A stretch of DNA of 64,000 nt from an uncultured cyanobacterium (GTDB lineage: Bacteria; Cyanobacteriota; Cyanobacteriia; Cyanobacteriales; CAWUOF01). Location: positions 6,944,001-7,008,000 of the forward strand of contig CAVUSO010000001.1 in assembly GCA_963744145.1 (NCBI GenBank). The letters are read 5' to 3'. Position 1 is the stretch's first letter. Each line of letters begins with the position of its first letter. A program made the position numbers and the translations under genes. The notes under the pieces were generated by a model that searched no databases, was not told the DNA's origin, and saw only the letters and a program-made list of their open reading frames with translations. Shown one piece after another: positions 10,826-21,505 of the stretch.

Positions 10826-13141
10826 ATGCAAAATGCTCAGTCCATATTATGTTGTTCTAACCCGAACTGTCAGGTAGTCAATCCTCCGAGTTCTAAATTT
10901 TGTCAAAAATGTGGTACTTTGTTGCCTAAACGCTACTTGTGGCCGATCGGCAAAAGCATAGAAAGTTATAAAAGTGGTGACACGATCGCGAATCGCTATT
11001 TGGTCACCAAAGAGCGATTGCTGCTTGACCTCAACCCCATTCTTAGTCCCCATATTGTCGCCGATTTACCCTCAGCGATTACTACCTATCTCAAACTATT
11101 TCCCTACCGATTACACGTTCCCCAAGTGTACGGAATTCTGCCGCGTGAACAGGGAAAAAAATCCTCAGATATTTGGCTCCTAGAACAAATCCCGGTAGAC
11201 CCGAATACAGGAAAACTTACCCCAGAATTAGCTAGCGTATGGAAAGGTACTTCCACCATGCGTCAGCTCAATTGGTTATGGCAAATTGCCCAACTCTGGG
11301 AACCCCTAGCTGCCCAAAATGTGGCTTCTAGTTTACTCGTTCCACGTATAATCCGGGTAGAAGGTCCGATTGTGCGGTTATTGGAGCTGGTTTCTGATCA
11401 AAAAACGCCCCAGTTAAGTCAGTTAGGTGAGTTATGGTGGCAATGGATTAAAAATTCTCCATCAACGCTTCCCAGTTATTTAGAGCAAATTTGCCAAAAA
11501 TTAATTCACAATGAAATCCACTCATCAGAACAGTTGCTCGAACTGTTAGAACCAGGATTAAATGCAGTTGGGCAATTATCATCTCGGCAAATAAATATTG
11601 CTACTCAAACTGACCAAGGACCCAGTCGTCGTCGCAATGAAGATGCTTGTTATCCTGAATCAGGGACAATTATCGCAAAGTCTCCCGGAAGTGATGCTTT
11701 AGCGATCGTCTGTGATGGAATTGGTGGACATGAAGGAGGCAATGTTGCTTCAAATTTGGCCATTAAAACTGTCCAGCAGCAAGTTGAAAATTTAGAATTA
11801 ACTGATATAGCTCCTGATAATTTAATTAGTGAGTTAGAAGAGTCAGTCCGTCAAGCAAATGACTTAATTGCCCAACGCAATGATGCAGAGCAAAGACAAG
11901 CTCGTCAACGGATGGGAACTACCCTGGTGATGGCGTTAGCTCATCATCATGAAGTTTATATTACTCACATAGGTGATACAAGGGCTTATTGGATTACTCG
12001 GACTGGTTGCTATCAAATTACTCTAGATGATGATGTGGCTAGTCGAGAAGTACGTCTAGGTTATGCAATCTATCGAGAAGCTCTCCAACAAGCAACTGCG
12101 GGTTCTTTAGTTCAAGCATTAGGGATGAATTCTTCCAGTATGTTACATCCCACAGTCAGTCGTTTTGTGATTGATGATGATTGTGTTTTTCTATTATGTT
12201 CTGATGGATTAAGTGATAACGATCGAGTTGAACAAAATTGGGAAACTGAAATTTTACCAGTTCTGAATGGAAGTGTTACTGTCGCAACAGCAGCAGCAAA
12301 ATTAGTGGAAATTGCTAATCAGCAAAATGGTCATGATAATGTGACTGTGGCTTTAGTTCATTGTCAATTGACTCCAGCTGGAAATGATCAGATTAATTTA
12401 GAAGCTTTATTTACACAATTAGGATTGGTATTTTCTCCATCAGCAAATAGTGCGATCGCTCATCATGAATCAGTTCATGATCATCGGAGTTCTTCCCGTT
12501 TAAAAACACAATTAATTCAGGATGATCGTCCCCAACTAGGACTCACTGGTCTGTTAATCAGAATGGTGATTTTGTTAGGGTTGGGTGGATTATTGGTTTA
12601 TTTACTGACACCTTCACTAGGAGAAAAAATTAAGACTCTGCTCCGCATGAATCCGATTTTGAATCCTAGCTCCGTAGAAAATGGCTCTACCAATCCGACA
12701 GTCACTCCTAGGTCATCTTTAGAGGTGAACAATGTATTTAAAATTAAATCTTCTATTCCCACAGCTCAGTTACAGTTGTTGTTAAATCTAGAAAAGTCTT
12801 CTCCTAGTATAATAGTAGCAGATGGTACTATTTTAAAGCTTGAACAGAAACAAGGTAAATCTGAGACTTGGTTGAAATTAAAGGTTTGTAAAATTCCTAA
12901 TCCATCAAACCCAAATTCTCCAGAAACAGCTAGTTCGCGATCGCTTCGAGCAGGAGATTCGGGTTGGATTGAACAAACCAAATTTATCCCTTTTATTAGT
13001 GCTGATTCTGTGTCAGAAAGTGAATGTGGTGTGGGGATTGATCCGGTTAAATCTGTTTCACCTCAATCATCTCCTGAAACTCCTCATAATGATCTGAACA
13101 AACAAAATTCCGATAAACGGGATTTTAAAAAGAATTCATAA
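10826..13141 (+). CDS. PP2C-family Ser/Thr phosphatase with N-terminal Zn-ribbon and degenerate kinase-like region, C-terminal TM helix and extracytoplasmic domain
   Basis: CSNPNC..CQKC; PP2C motifs RRRNEDA, VCDGIGGH, MGTT, HIGDTRAY, LCSDGL and GHDNVT; TM segment LIRMVILLGLGGLLVYLL. Confidence 0.9.
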   Translation: MQNAQSILCCSNPNCQVVNPPSSKFCQKCGTLLPKRYLWPIGKSIESYKSGDTIANRYLVTKERLLLDLNPILSPHIVADLPSAITTYLKLFPYRLHVPQVYGILPREQGKKSSDIWLLEQIPVDPNTGKLTPELASVWKGTSTMRQLNWLWQIAQLWEPLAAQNVASSLLVPRIIRVEGPIVRLLELVSDQKTPQLSQLGELWWQWIKNSPSTLPSYLEQICQKLIHNEIHSSEQLLELLEPGLNAVGQLSSRQINIATQTDQGPSRRRNEDACYPESGTIIAKSPGSDALAIVCDGIGGHEGGNVASNLAIKTVQQQVENLELTDIAPDNLISELEESVRQANDLIAQRNDAEQRQARQRMGTTLVMALAHHHEVYITHIGDTRAYWITRTGCYQITLDDDVASREVRLGYAIYREALQQATAGSLVQALGMNSSSMLHPTVSRFVIDDDCVFLLCSDGLSDNDRVEQNWETEILPVLNGSVTVATAAAKLVEIANQQNGHDNVTVALVHCQLTPAGNDQINLEALFTQLGLVFSPSANSAIAHHESVHDHRSSSRLKTQLIQDDRPQLGLTGLLIRMVILLGLGGLLVYLLTPSLGEKIKTLLRMNPILNPSSVENGSTNPTVTPRSSLEVNNVFKIKSSIPTAQLQLLLNLEKSSPSIIVADGTILKLEQKQGKSETWLKLKVCKIPNPSNPNSPETASSRSLRAGDSGWIEQTKFIPFISADSVSESECGVGIDPVKSVSPQSSPETPHNDLNKQNSDKRDFKKNS

Positions 13142-13227
13142 CTTGATTAACTTTTAGGTTTAATCTGGGTTAAAGTTAAATTAGTTTAACCTGTTAATCA
13201 TTTAATCTTGATAGAGAATATATTGCC

Positions 13228-13405
13228 ATACGGTTCAGTTAACTGTAGGGGCGAACGCGAGAGCGTGCCGGAGGCATAGCATTCGGGCGATAATTCATCA
13301 CTTAAACCTTTACCCTGAGCGTAGTCGAAGGGCATTAATTTTAGATCCGAATGCTTCGCCCGGTTTTTCGCCGAGATCTCCAAAAACATTCTTAACTGAA
13401 TCCTA
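13228..13405. mobile_element. MITE/REP-like composite element, copy 1
   Basis: Ends TTCAGTTAA...TTAACTGAA are inverted. Internal GTAGGGGCG...GCATTCGG and CCGAATGCTTCGCCC arms, with a TTTACCCTGAGCGTAGTCGAAGGG unit at 13309-13332. Confidence 0.65.
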
Positions 13406-13420
13406 TTGTGCTATAGGCGA

Positions 13421-13676
13421 TCGCTTTGATGCGTAAATGGCCGAGGGCAAAGTATTTCAATTATGGTTCTATGGTTTGATTGAGGTTCACTATAATTTCA
13501 TCGCTTTGATTTATAAATGGCCGAGGGCAAAGTATTTCAATGATGGTTCTATGGTTTGATTGAGGTTCACTATAATTTCATCGCTTTAATGCGTAAAAAG
13601 GTCCGAGGGCAAAGCATTTCGGTCATGGTTCTCTGGTGTTAGACAATTCTGATCTGCCGAAATGCTTTGCCCCTAC
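13421..13676. repeat. 80-bp tandem repeat (2 full copies plus a partial third ending in a REP-like hairpin)
   Basis: 13421-13500 and 13501-13580 are near-identical. The third unit has AGGGCAAAGCATTTCGG...CCGAAATGCTTTGCCCCTAC inverted arms. Confidence 0.85.
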
Positions 13677-13698
13677 AAATCCGGACTGAAAATATAAT

Positions 13699-13892
13699 CC
13701 GGTTCGGTTAACTGTAGGGGCGTTCGCGTAGCGTGCCGTAGGCATAGCATTCGGGCGATAATTGATCACTTAAACTTTACCCTGAGTTTACCCTGAGCGT
13801 AGTCGAAGGGCGTAGTCGAAGGGCAGTTAATTTTAGATCCGAATGCTTCGCCCGGTTCTTCGCCGAGATCTCCAAAAAAAAATCTTGACTGA
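13699..13892. mobile_element. MITE/REP-like composite element, copy 2
   Basis: Direct-repeat homologue of 13228-13405 with a self-nested 24-bp unit at 13776-13823. Confidence 0.65.
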
Positions 13893-14309
13893 ATATAATT
13901 TAATATAAAGTTGATCTGTTGGCTTGCGAGAACCCCTACGGTTAACTGAACTGTATTGGAATATACTACTCATTCCTCCGTGACTGAGTGGAGCAGCATT
14001 AAGCTCTTAAATTTTGCGAATATCTAAATTAAATGCTGATCAGCTTATGGTCAAAATACACATTATTAATTAGGTCATTATAAAATCTATGATCAAGATG
14101 GAAAATTGTGAGAGTAGCCTGATAAACTTTGGTCAATATCATGATTATAAATTCGGCAAAGATCTGATAGCTAATTTACCAGAAAACGCAGTAAGAGTAA
14201 TTGTCAACATATATAAAGTTTTGTATCAAGATTTAACATTTCTGCAATTTAGCTTAATATTGATATTGAATTGGTATTACAAGTAGCGAAAATCAAGTGG
14301 AGCAAAAAC

Positions 14310-15398
14310 ATGAAACTTTCTATTTCTAAAACCCTACTCGGAATCAGCATTGCAACATTAAGTTTATTGGTAGTAACTGGACAAGCCAAAGCCGCAATGT
14401 TAACCACTGGAACTACATTCAGTATATCGACTGAGGATATGTGCGATAGCATGGGCTTGATCGTTAACGATACTGATGCAAACCACACTACTGACAGCAA
14501 TACAGGTTGGCAGTATACATCGAATCCAGACAGTAATGGGGTAGATGGTTTCTATTGGTTAAATCCAGGACCTGATGGAATAAACCACTATCAAATGAGA
14601 GGCGTTGCTGTTCTAGAAACTGCTACTAGCATTATTGTGGCTTTAAATGCTAATATGCCATTAGGTGGAGCTCCTGACCCTAATTTTTGGCATACAGTCA
14701 CAGGTAATCAAATAGGATGGGGTGACTTATTCTTCAACTTCAAAGGTGAAACCTTTGATCAAGCTCAAGCCGCAGGAGATTTGTTTGGAATTCGTTTTTC
14801 TTCAGCTAATGCTTCTACTGTAGGTGTTGGTCTTTATAGTGATGTAAAAGCTCAGACTTTGACTGACCAAAAAGACGGTTATACTGTTGCTAATTTTGGT
14901 GGGATTGATGGTGGACTCAATTCTTACGAAAGCCAAGTAATAGAGGGTGGTGGTAAAGTAGACTTCGGCGATGTCGATACTAACTACTTTACTAATAACG
15001 GCACAGACAATACATTTAACCTGGATTCGATCGCAACAGGAACATTACTCTCACCAATTTCTTTCTTATCAACAGGTTCTGTGACTCAAGCATTACTAGA
15101 TACTGGATATAATGCTAGTCTATTTAATGGTCTAAATAATCAAACTATTGGTACAAACACCATTGCTTTCGAGTTTAATAAATCTGCGATCGCTAATAAT
15201 GCTCAAGCAGCAGCAGCAGCTAACATTATACCAACTACATCAAGTCAAGTACCTGAATCTACTACATCCGATGAAGTACCTGAACCTACTACATCAGAGC
15301 AAGTACCTGAACCTACTACTATTGGTGGGATACTGTTAGGCGGTTTATTACTGAAGAAAATGAAAGCTAACCGCAAATTGAATAATGTTGCTCAGTAA
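14310..15398 (+). CDS. PEP-CTERM (exosortase-sorted) surface protein
   Basis: Signal peptide MKLSISK...QAKA; C-terminal VPEPTT, hydrophobic IGGILLGGLLL and basic KKMKANRK. The IGWGDLFFNF core resembles the cyanobacterial XDD3-type family (tentative). Confidence 0.88.
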   Translation: MKLSISKTLLGISIATLSLLVVTGQAKAAMLTTGTTFSISTEDMCDSMGLIVNDTDANHTTDSNTGWQYTSNPDSNGVDGFYWLNPGPDGINHYQMRGVAVLETATSIIVALNANMPLGGAPDPNFWHTVTGNQIGWGDLFFNFKGETFDQAQAAGDLFGIRFSSANASTVGVGLYSDVKAQTLTDQKDGYTVANFGGIDGGLNSYESQVIEGGGKVDFGDVDTNYFTNNGTDNTFNLDSIATGTLLSPISFLSTGSVTQALLDTGYNASLFNGLNNQTIGTNTIAFEFNKSAIANNAQAAAAANIIPTTSSQVPESTTSDEVPEPTTSEQVPEPTTIGGILLGGLLLKKMKANRKLNNVAQ

Positions 15399-15413
15399 TT
15401 AACAACTAAAATT

Positions 15414-15550
15414 ATGGTTCCTCCGCACTTGTGATGGAAAATCCCGTTTTAGGGCAGATGGCGAGGGGCAGAGAGCAGGGAAAAAGCTTACTACATAAGC
15501 TTTGTAAATTCAATAATTTTTACTGATCACCACAAGTACAGGGGAGCCAT
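15414..15550. mobile_element. MITE-like element with imperfect 23-bp terminal inverted repeats
   Basis: ATGGTTCCTCCGCACTTGTGATG (15414-15436) pairs with CACCACAAGTACAGGGGAGCCAT (15528-15550); internal AAGCTTA-n5-TAAGCTT hairpin. Confidence 0.55.
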
Positions 15551-15555
15551 CTTTT

Positions 15556-18500
15556 ATGAAGAGTATAAATATTTATTTAAGTATTATTCCTATAATTGTA
15601 ACAGTTACTAATAACAGTATTATTATAGCCCAGACTATCATACCAACTGCCAATAGTACAGGTACAATAATCAAATCAGTAGGCAATCAATATAACATCC
15701 AAGGCGGTAAATTATCCGCAGATAGAACAAACTTATTCCACAGTTTTGATAAATTTGGACTGAATACAGGTCAAATTGCTAATTTTATTTCTACTCCACA
15801 AATTCGTAACATTTTAGGAAGAGTAACGGGAGGAGAAGCCTCTATTATTAATGGTCTAATTAAAGTAACTGGTGGAGATACTAACTTATTTTTAATGAAT
15901 CCAGCAGGAATTGTATTTGGAAATAATGCGAGTTTGAATGTTACTGCATCATTTACTGCCACAACTTCTACAGGAATTGGATTCAATAATAATCAATGGT
16001 TTAATGCTGTTGGTAATAATAATTATAGTAATTTAATGGGAAATCCATTCCAATTTGCCTTTGATTTAACTAAGTCAGGAAATATTATCAATTCCGGAAA
16101 GTTAACCGTATCAATGGGAGAAAATTTAACATTATTAGGCGGTAACGTAATTAATACAGGGGAACTGACAGCACCTTCGGGTAATATTACTATTACTGCT
16201 GTCCCAAATCAGAATGTTGTAAAAATATCGCAACCTGGAAATATTCTAAGTCTAGAAATCGCACCACCACGAGATAATAATGGGCAAATATTACCAATAA
16301 ATTCTGTAGATTTACCAACTTTGCTAACAGGAACAGCTAAGAATGTAGATACAGGATTGAGTGTCAATACATTTGGTAATGTGCAATTAAATCAGTCAGG
16401 AATGATTTTACCAAATGAGCAAGGGGTAGCAATTACAGCAGGGAATATTTCAGTAGCAGGAATAAAGGGAAATTCAGTAGGTGGAAATGTAAATATTTTA
16501 GGTGACAAAGTAGGAGTATTTAATAGCAATATAGATGCTTCTGGTGTTGCTGGAGGGGGAACAGTAAGAATTGGTGGAGATTATCAAGGAGGGGGAATTT
16601 TACCTCATGCCACCCAAACTATTGTTGCACCCGATGCTAGTATTACTGCTAATGCAACAGGAATAGGAAATGGCGGCAAAGTAATAGCTTGGTCTGATAA
16701 TTTAACTCAATATTATGGCAATATAACTGCCCGTGGTGGTGTGAATGGTGGCGATGGCGGATTAGTAGAAACTTCAGGAAAAGACTTACTGATTTTTACA
16801 GGTGGGGTAGATGCGGGTGCAACATTAGGAAAACCAGGAACTTTACTCCTTGATCCCAAAAATATTACTATTACGGCTAGTTCACCCCTAACTACTATTT
16901 TTAACCCCAATACATCAGGTAGCTATTTTGGCTATTCAGTAGCCACAGATGGAAGCAACCTACTGGTTGGAGCATATCAGAACACATCGGGGGGAGTCTC
17001 ACAAGCAGGACAAGCCTTTTTGTTTAATACCAGTGGGTCGCTGTTGCAAACTTTCAATAACCCCAATCCTGTAACATCTGGCTGGTTCGGCAATTCAGTA
17101 GCTATATCAGGAAGCAACCTACTGATTGGGGCACCAAATAATACATCGGGGGGAGTCTCACAAGCAGGACAAGCCTTTTTGTTTAATACCAGTGGGGGGC
17201 TGTTACAAACTTTCGATAATCCCAATCCTGTAACACCTGGCAACTTCGGCTGGTCAGTAGCTATATCAGGAAGCAACCTACTAATTGGGGCAAATGGTAA
17301 CACATTGGGGGGAGTCTCACAAGTAGGACAAGCCTTTTTGTATAATACCAGTGGGGGGCTGTTGCAAACTTTCAATAACCCTAATCCTGTAACAGGTGGC
17401 AGCTTTGGCAGTGGAGTAGCTATATCAGGAAGCAACCTACTAATTGGGGCAGGAGGTAACACATCAGGGGGCGTCACATTTGCAGGACAAGCATTTTTGT
17501 TTAACACCAGTGGGGGGCTGTTGCAAACTTTCAATAACCCCAATCCTGTATTATTTGGATTATTCGGCAATTCATTAGCTATATCAGGAAGCAACCTACT
17601 AATTGGGGCAGGAGGTAACACATCGGGAGGAATCCAATTTGGAGGACAAGCCTTTTTGTTTAATACCAGTGGGATGTTACTGCAAACTTTCGATAACCCC
17701 AATCCAGGACCAACTGGCTTCTTCGGCTTGTCTGCAACTGCTATATCAGGAAGCAACCTACTGATTGGAGCAGCACTTAACACATCGGGGGGAGTTTCAG
17801 CAGCAGGACAAGCCTTTTTGTTTAATACCAGTGGGGGGCTGTTACAAACTTTCGATAATCCCAATCCTGTAGTAGGTGGCGAATTCGGCTTTTCTGCAGC
17901 TATATCAGGAAGCAACCTACTGGTTGGGGCACTAAATAATACATCGGGAGGACAAGCATTTTTTGGTAGTCCAACCTATCCAGGAGTATTATCTTTTAGT
18001 GATAATCCTAGTGCTTCAGTTAATGTTAATCCTACTGATATTACTAATGTTACCAATACAGGTACTAATGTGGTACTCCAGGCACATAATGATATTACGG
18101 TTGCCCAATCAGTTATCACCTCTGCTGGGGGAAATGGTGGTGCACTTACACTGCAAGCAGGACGCAGTATTTTAGTTAATGCCAATATCACTACCGATAA
18201 TGGAAATTTAACTCTAGTAGCGAATGAAACTGCCGCTAATGGAGTGCTAAGTCAATATCGAGATCCCGGTTTTGCTAATATTACCGTTGCACCTGGAGTC
18301 ATACTTAATTCTGGTACAGGTGATACGACAATTCGCATTAATACTGGTGTGGCTACAGGTAGTGGTGGTAATATTAGTTTGCAAAATATTATTGCTAACA
18401 ATCTGCTCGTCGAGAACTTAGGAGCTAGTAACAGTAACATTATTTTAAATACTCCCTTGACTTTGACCGGAAATATTACTTTAAATGCGAATGGAGATGT

Positions 18501-21454
18501 AATTACTCAATCGCTGACAACTCCGAAGAATAGCATTAGTATTACGAGCAATTTAGGTCAAATTGATACAACTAACGGCCCGCTTGATACTAGCTCAACT
18601 GGTGCGGGGGGAGATGTAACTTTAACAGCAAATCATCTCGGCATTATGACAGGTAATATTAATAGTAATTCTACCGGAAGTGGTAAAGGAGGAAATATCA
18701 CTATTACCAGTGGGGATGCGATCGATACCACTCTAGGAACTTTGAATTCTAGTTCAATGACAGGTCAAGGTGGAGATATTACCTTGAATGCGAATAGCAA
18801 TATAAAAATCGCTAATCTCAATACAAATAGCAATCTTAGTAGCGGAGCCGGAGGAAATATTACTCTCACTAGTAATGGCGGCTTAATTACTAATGTAGCT
18901 GGGACGATTAATGCAACTGCAAATTCAGGTAATGGCGGAAATATATCCCTAATGAGTACCAGCGATATTATCATCAATAATAATATCAATAGCAATTCTA
19001 ATGGGACGGGGAAAGGAGGAGATATTTCTTTAAATAGCACTCAGGGTGCGGTGCAGATTAATTCTCTCAATTCAACTTCAGCTTTTGGAAATGGTGGCAA
19101 TTTAACGATTAATGCGGCTCAGGATATTAAAGGATTGCTGCTCTTTGCTGATGCGACTAAAGGTCAGGGAGGAAATATTAGTTTCACTAGCACTAATGGA
19201 GCAATTAACATTAGTTCTCTCAGTGCTAATTCTCATAATTCTCAAGGTGGAACCTTATTTCTCCAAGCGAATGGCAATATCACCACGGGAGATTTAAGTG
19301 CTAAAGGGATTACGGGCATTAGTCAAGGTGGTCAGATTTCTATTATTAGTAAAAATACCGCGATCGCTGTAGGCAATATTACCACAACTGGTACAACAAG
19401 TGGGGGAAATATATCGTTACAAGCGAGTACCCAAATTACTACTAAACAAATTGATTCTAGTAGCATTAATGGAGCAGGTGGTAATCTCCTGATTAACTCC
19501 ACGGGAGATGTACAAGTGAGTAATATTAATACTTCTGGTCAGACAACGGGAGGTAATGTAGATATTACCGCAGATACATATTTGCGAGTAAATATACCCC
19601 TAACTATAGCTAATTGTGGCACAGTGAGTATTTGCACGATCGATAATAGTCAAGGAGGGAATATATTTCTCAGACATGGTGGTGATGGGGTGGTTCCATT
19701 TATCGTGGGAGATGCAACGCTCAATGGTACAGCAAGTGCAATATATAAAGGAAATGGGACAGAACAAAAGATTACGAGCGGTTCCTTCTTAGGAACTCAA
19801 GTGCAAGATAACGGGACACTGGGAATTATTACTAAGACCCCTGCTATATCCACCCCAACACCTGCTCCAACATCAACATCGACATCAACATCAACCTTTG
19901 CAACATTTGTACCAACACCAATACCAACACCAATACTAACACCAATACCAACCTCTGCTCTCACATTAACACCAACACCAACACCAACACCAACATTAAC
20001 ACCAACACTAACACCAACATTAACACCAACACTAACACCAACATCAACATCTGTACCAATAGAGGAGCATCAGAATAATTTAAATATCAATCCTGTGGAT
20101 TTAACTAAATTACCAGATCACCTAGATTCTTCCTCATTGTTCCAAGATGATACTTCTCAAAATTTGACCATTGATAAATCAATGAGTCAAGAATATACGA
20201 AGTATTTTGAGTCTAGCTGATATGGCAGAATTAAATACTAATAAAATCCGAGAGTCTCTGACTAATATTGAAAGACATACTGGGATTAGGCCCGCAATTA
20301 TTTATGTATTTTTTGCGCCTAGCACAATTACTCCTGTCCCTATCAATCATGATCTAAAAATTAATGAAAATACCTTAAAAGAACGAAATTTAGGGTTGTT
20401 AAGAGCGGGAATACCGGAAACCCAAGATCATTTAGAATTAATTTTAGTCGCAGCAGGTTCTCACCCAATTCGCAAGTCCTTAAATGTGACTAGAACTGAA
20501 GTTCTCGCGACTGCTAAAAAATTTCAGGATGCCATAGCTGACCAAAAAATCACGCGAGAATATGTAGTGCCAGCTCAACAAATGTATCAATGGTTAGTCG
20601 CTCCTTTAGCCAGGAATTTACAAGAATTGAATATTCAAAATTTGGTCTATATCATGGATCAGAAACTGCGGACTCTACCTTTAGCAGCGATGCAAGATGG
20701 TAAAGGTTTTCTGATTGAACACTATAGTGTGGGATTAATGCCAAGTTTTGCCCTGACTGACCCCAGTTATCAGGATATTCACCAGGCTCAATTATTGGCA
20801 ATGGGTAGCACTAATTTCTCGGAAGTCTTCCATCTCGGTACTTTACCATCAGTCAAAGCGGAAGTAAATTTGGCGCATCAAATTTGGGGAGGTAAATCTT
20901 TTCTGAATGACGAATTTACCCTGGAAAACTTAAAATCTCAACGGGAACATCATCCCTTTAGAATTGTCCATTTAGCTACCCATGCTGACATTGATCCAGG
21001 TACAGCAGACGACTCTTATCTTTATTTTACGAAGGAAAGATTATCTCTGCCTAATTTGCGTTCAATTAAGTGGAATAATCCCCCAGTGGAACTATTAGTT
21101 TTAAGTGCTTGTCAGACCGCAGTAGGAGATGAAGATGCAGAATTAGGTTTTGCGGGATTAGCAGTCCAATCTGGGGTGAAATCAGCCTTAGCTTCCTTAT
21201 GGCATATTTCCGATGAAGGTACTCTGGGATTAATGACGGAGTTTTACGAGCAACTGAAAACAGCACCAATAAAAGCCGAAGCTTTACGTCGCGCTCAGTT
21301 AGCAATGATGCGAGATAAAGTGCGCTTAGAAGCAGGAAAGTTAGTCACCAGTCAGCAATCTTTTCCCTTACCTCCTGAGTTAGTTGAGTTGCATCACCAA
21401 TTCAGTCATCCTTATTATTGGAGTGGGTTTACCATTATTGGTAATCCTTGGTAA
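15556..21454 (+). CDS. Array copy A: TPS/FHA N-terminal domain + 7 FG-GAP-like blades + beta-helix + Pro/Thr linker + CHAT protease; +1 frameshift at ~20210
   Basis: NLFHSF, NPAGIVFG and GTLLLDPKNITI in ORF 15556..20220; HLATH, LSACQTA, ASLW and HPYYWSGF in ORF 20207..21454. The sequence reads TTTGAGTCTAGCT where paralogues have TTTGGGCTAGCT. Confidence 0.88.
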
Positions 21455-21505
21455 ATTCACCGACTCGATCGATCTTGGTCTTTGGACCATCCCCAATGGT
21501 AACCT

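Noticed and set aside
13421..13620. Possible CRISPR array
   Set aside because: The units are contiguous 80-bp duplicates with no unique spacers, and there are no cas genes.
14089..14286. 65-aa ORF upstream of the PEP-CTERM gene
   Set aside because: Short, AT-rich and overlaps the probable promoter region; likely chance.
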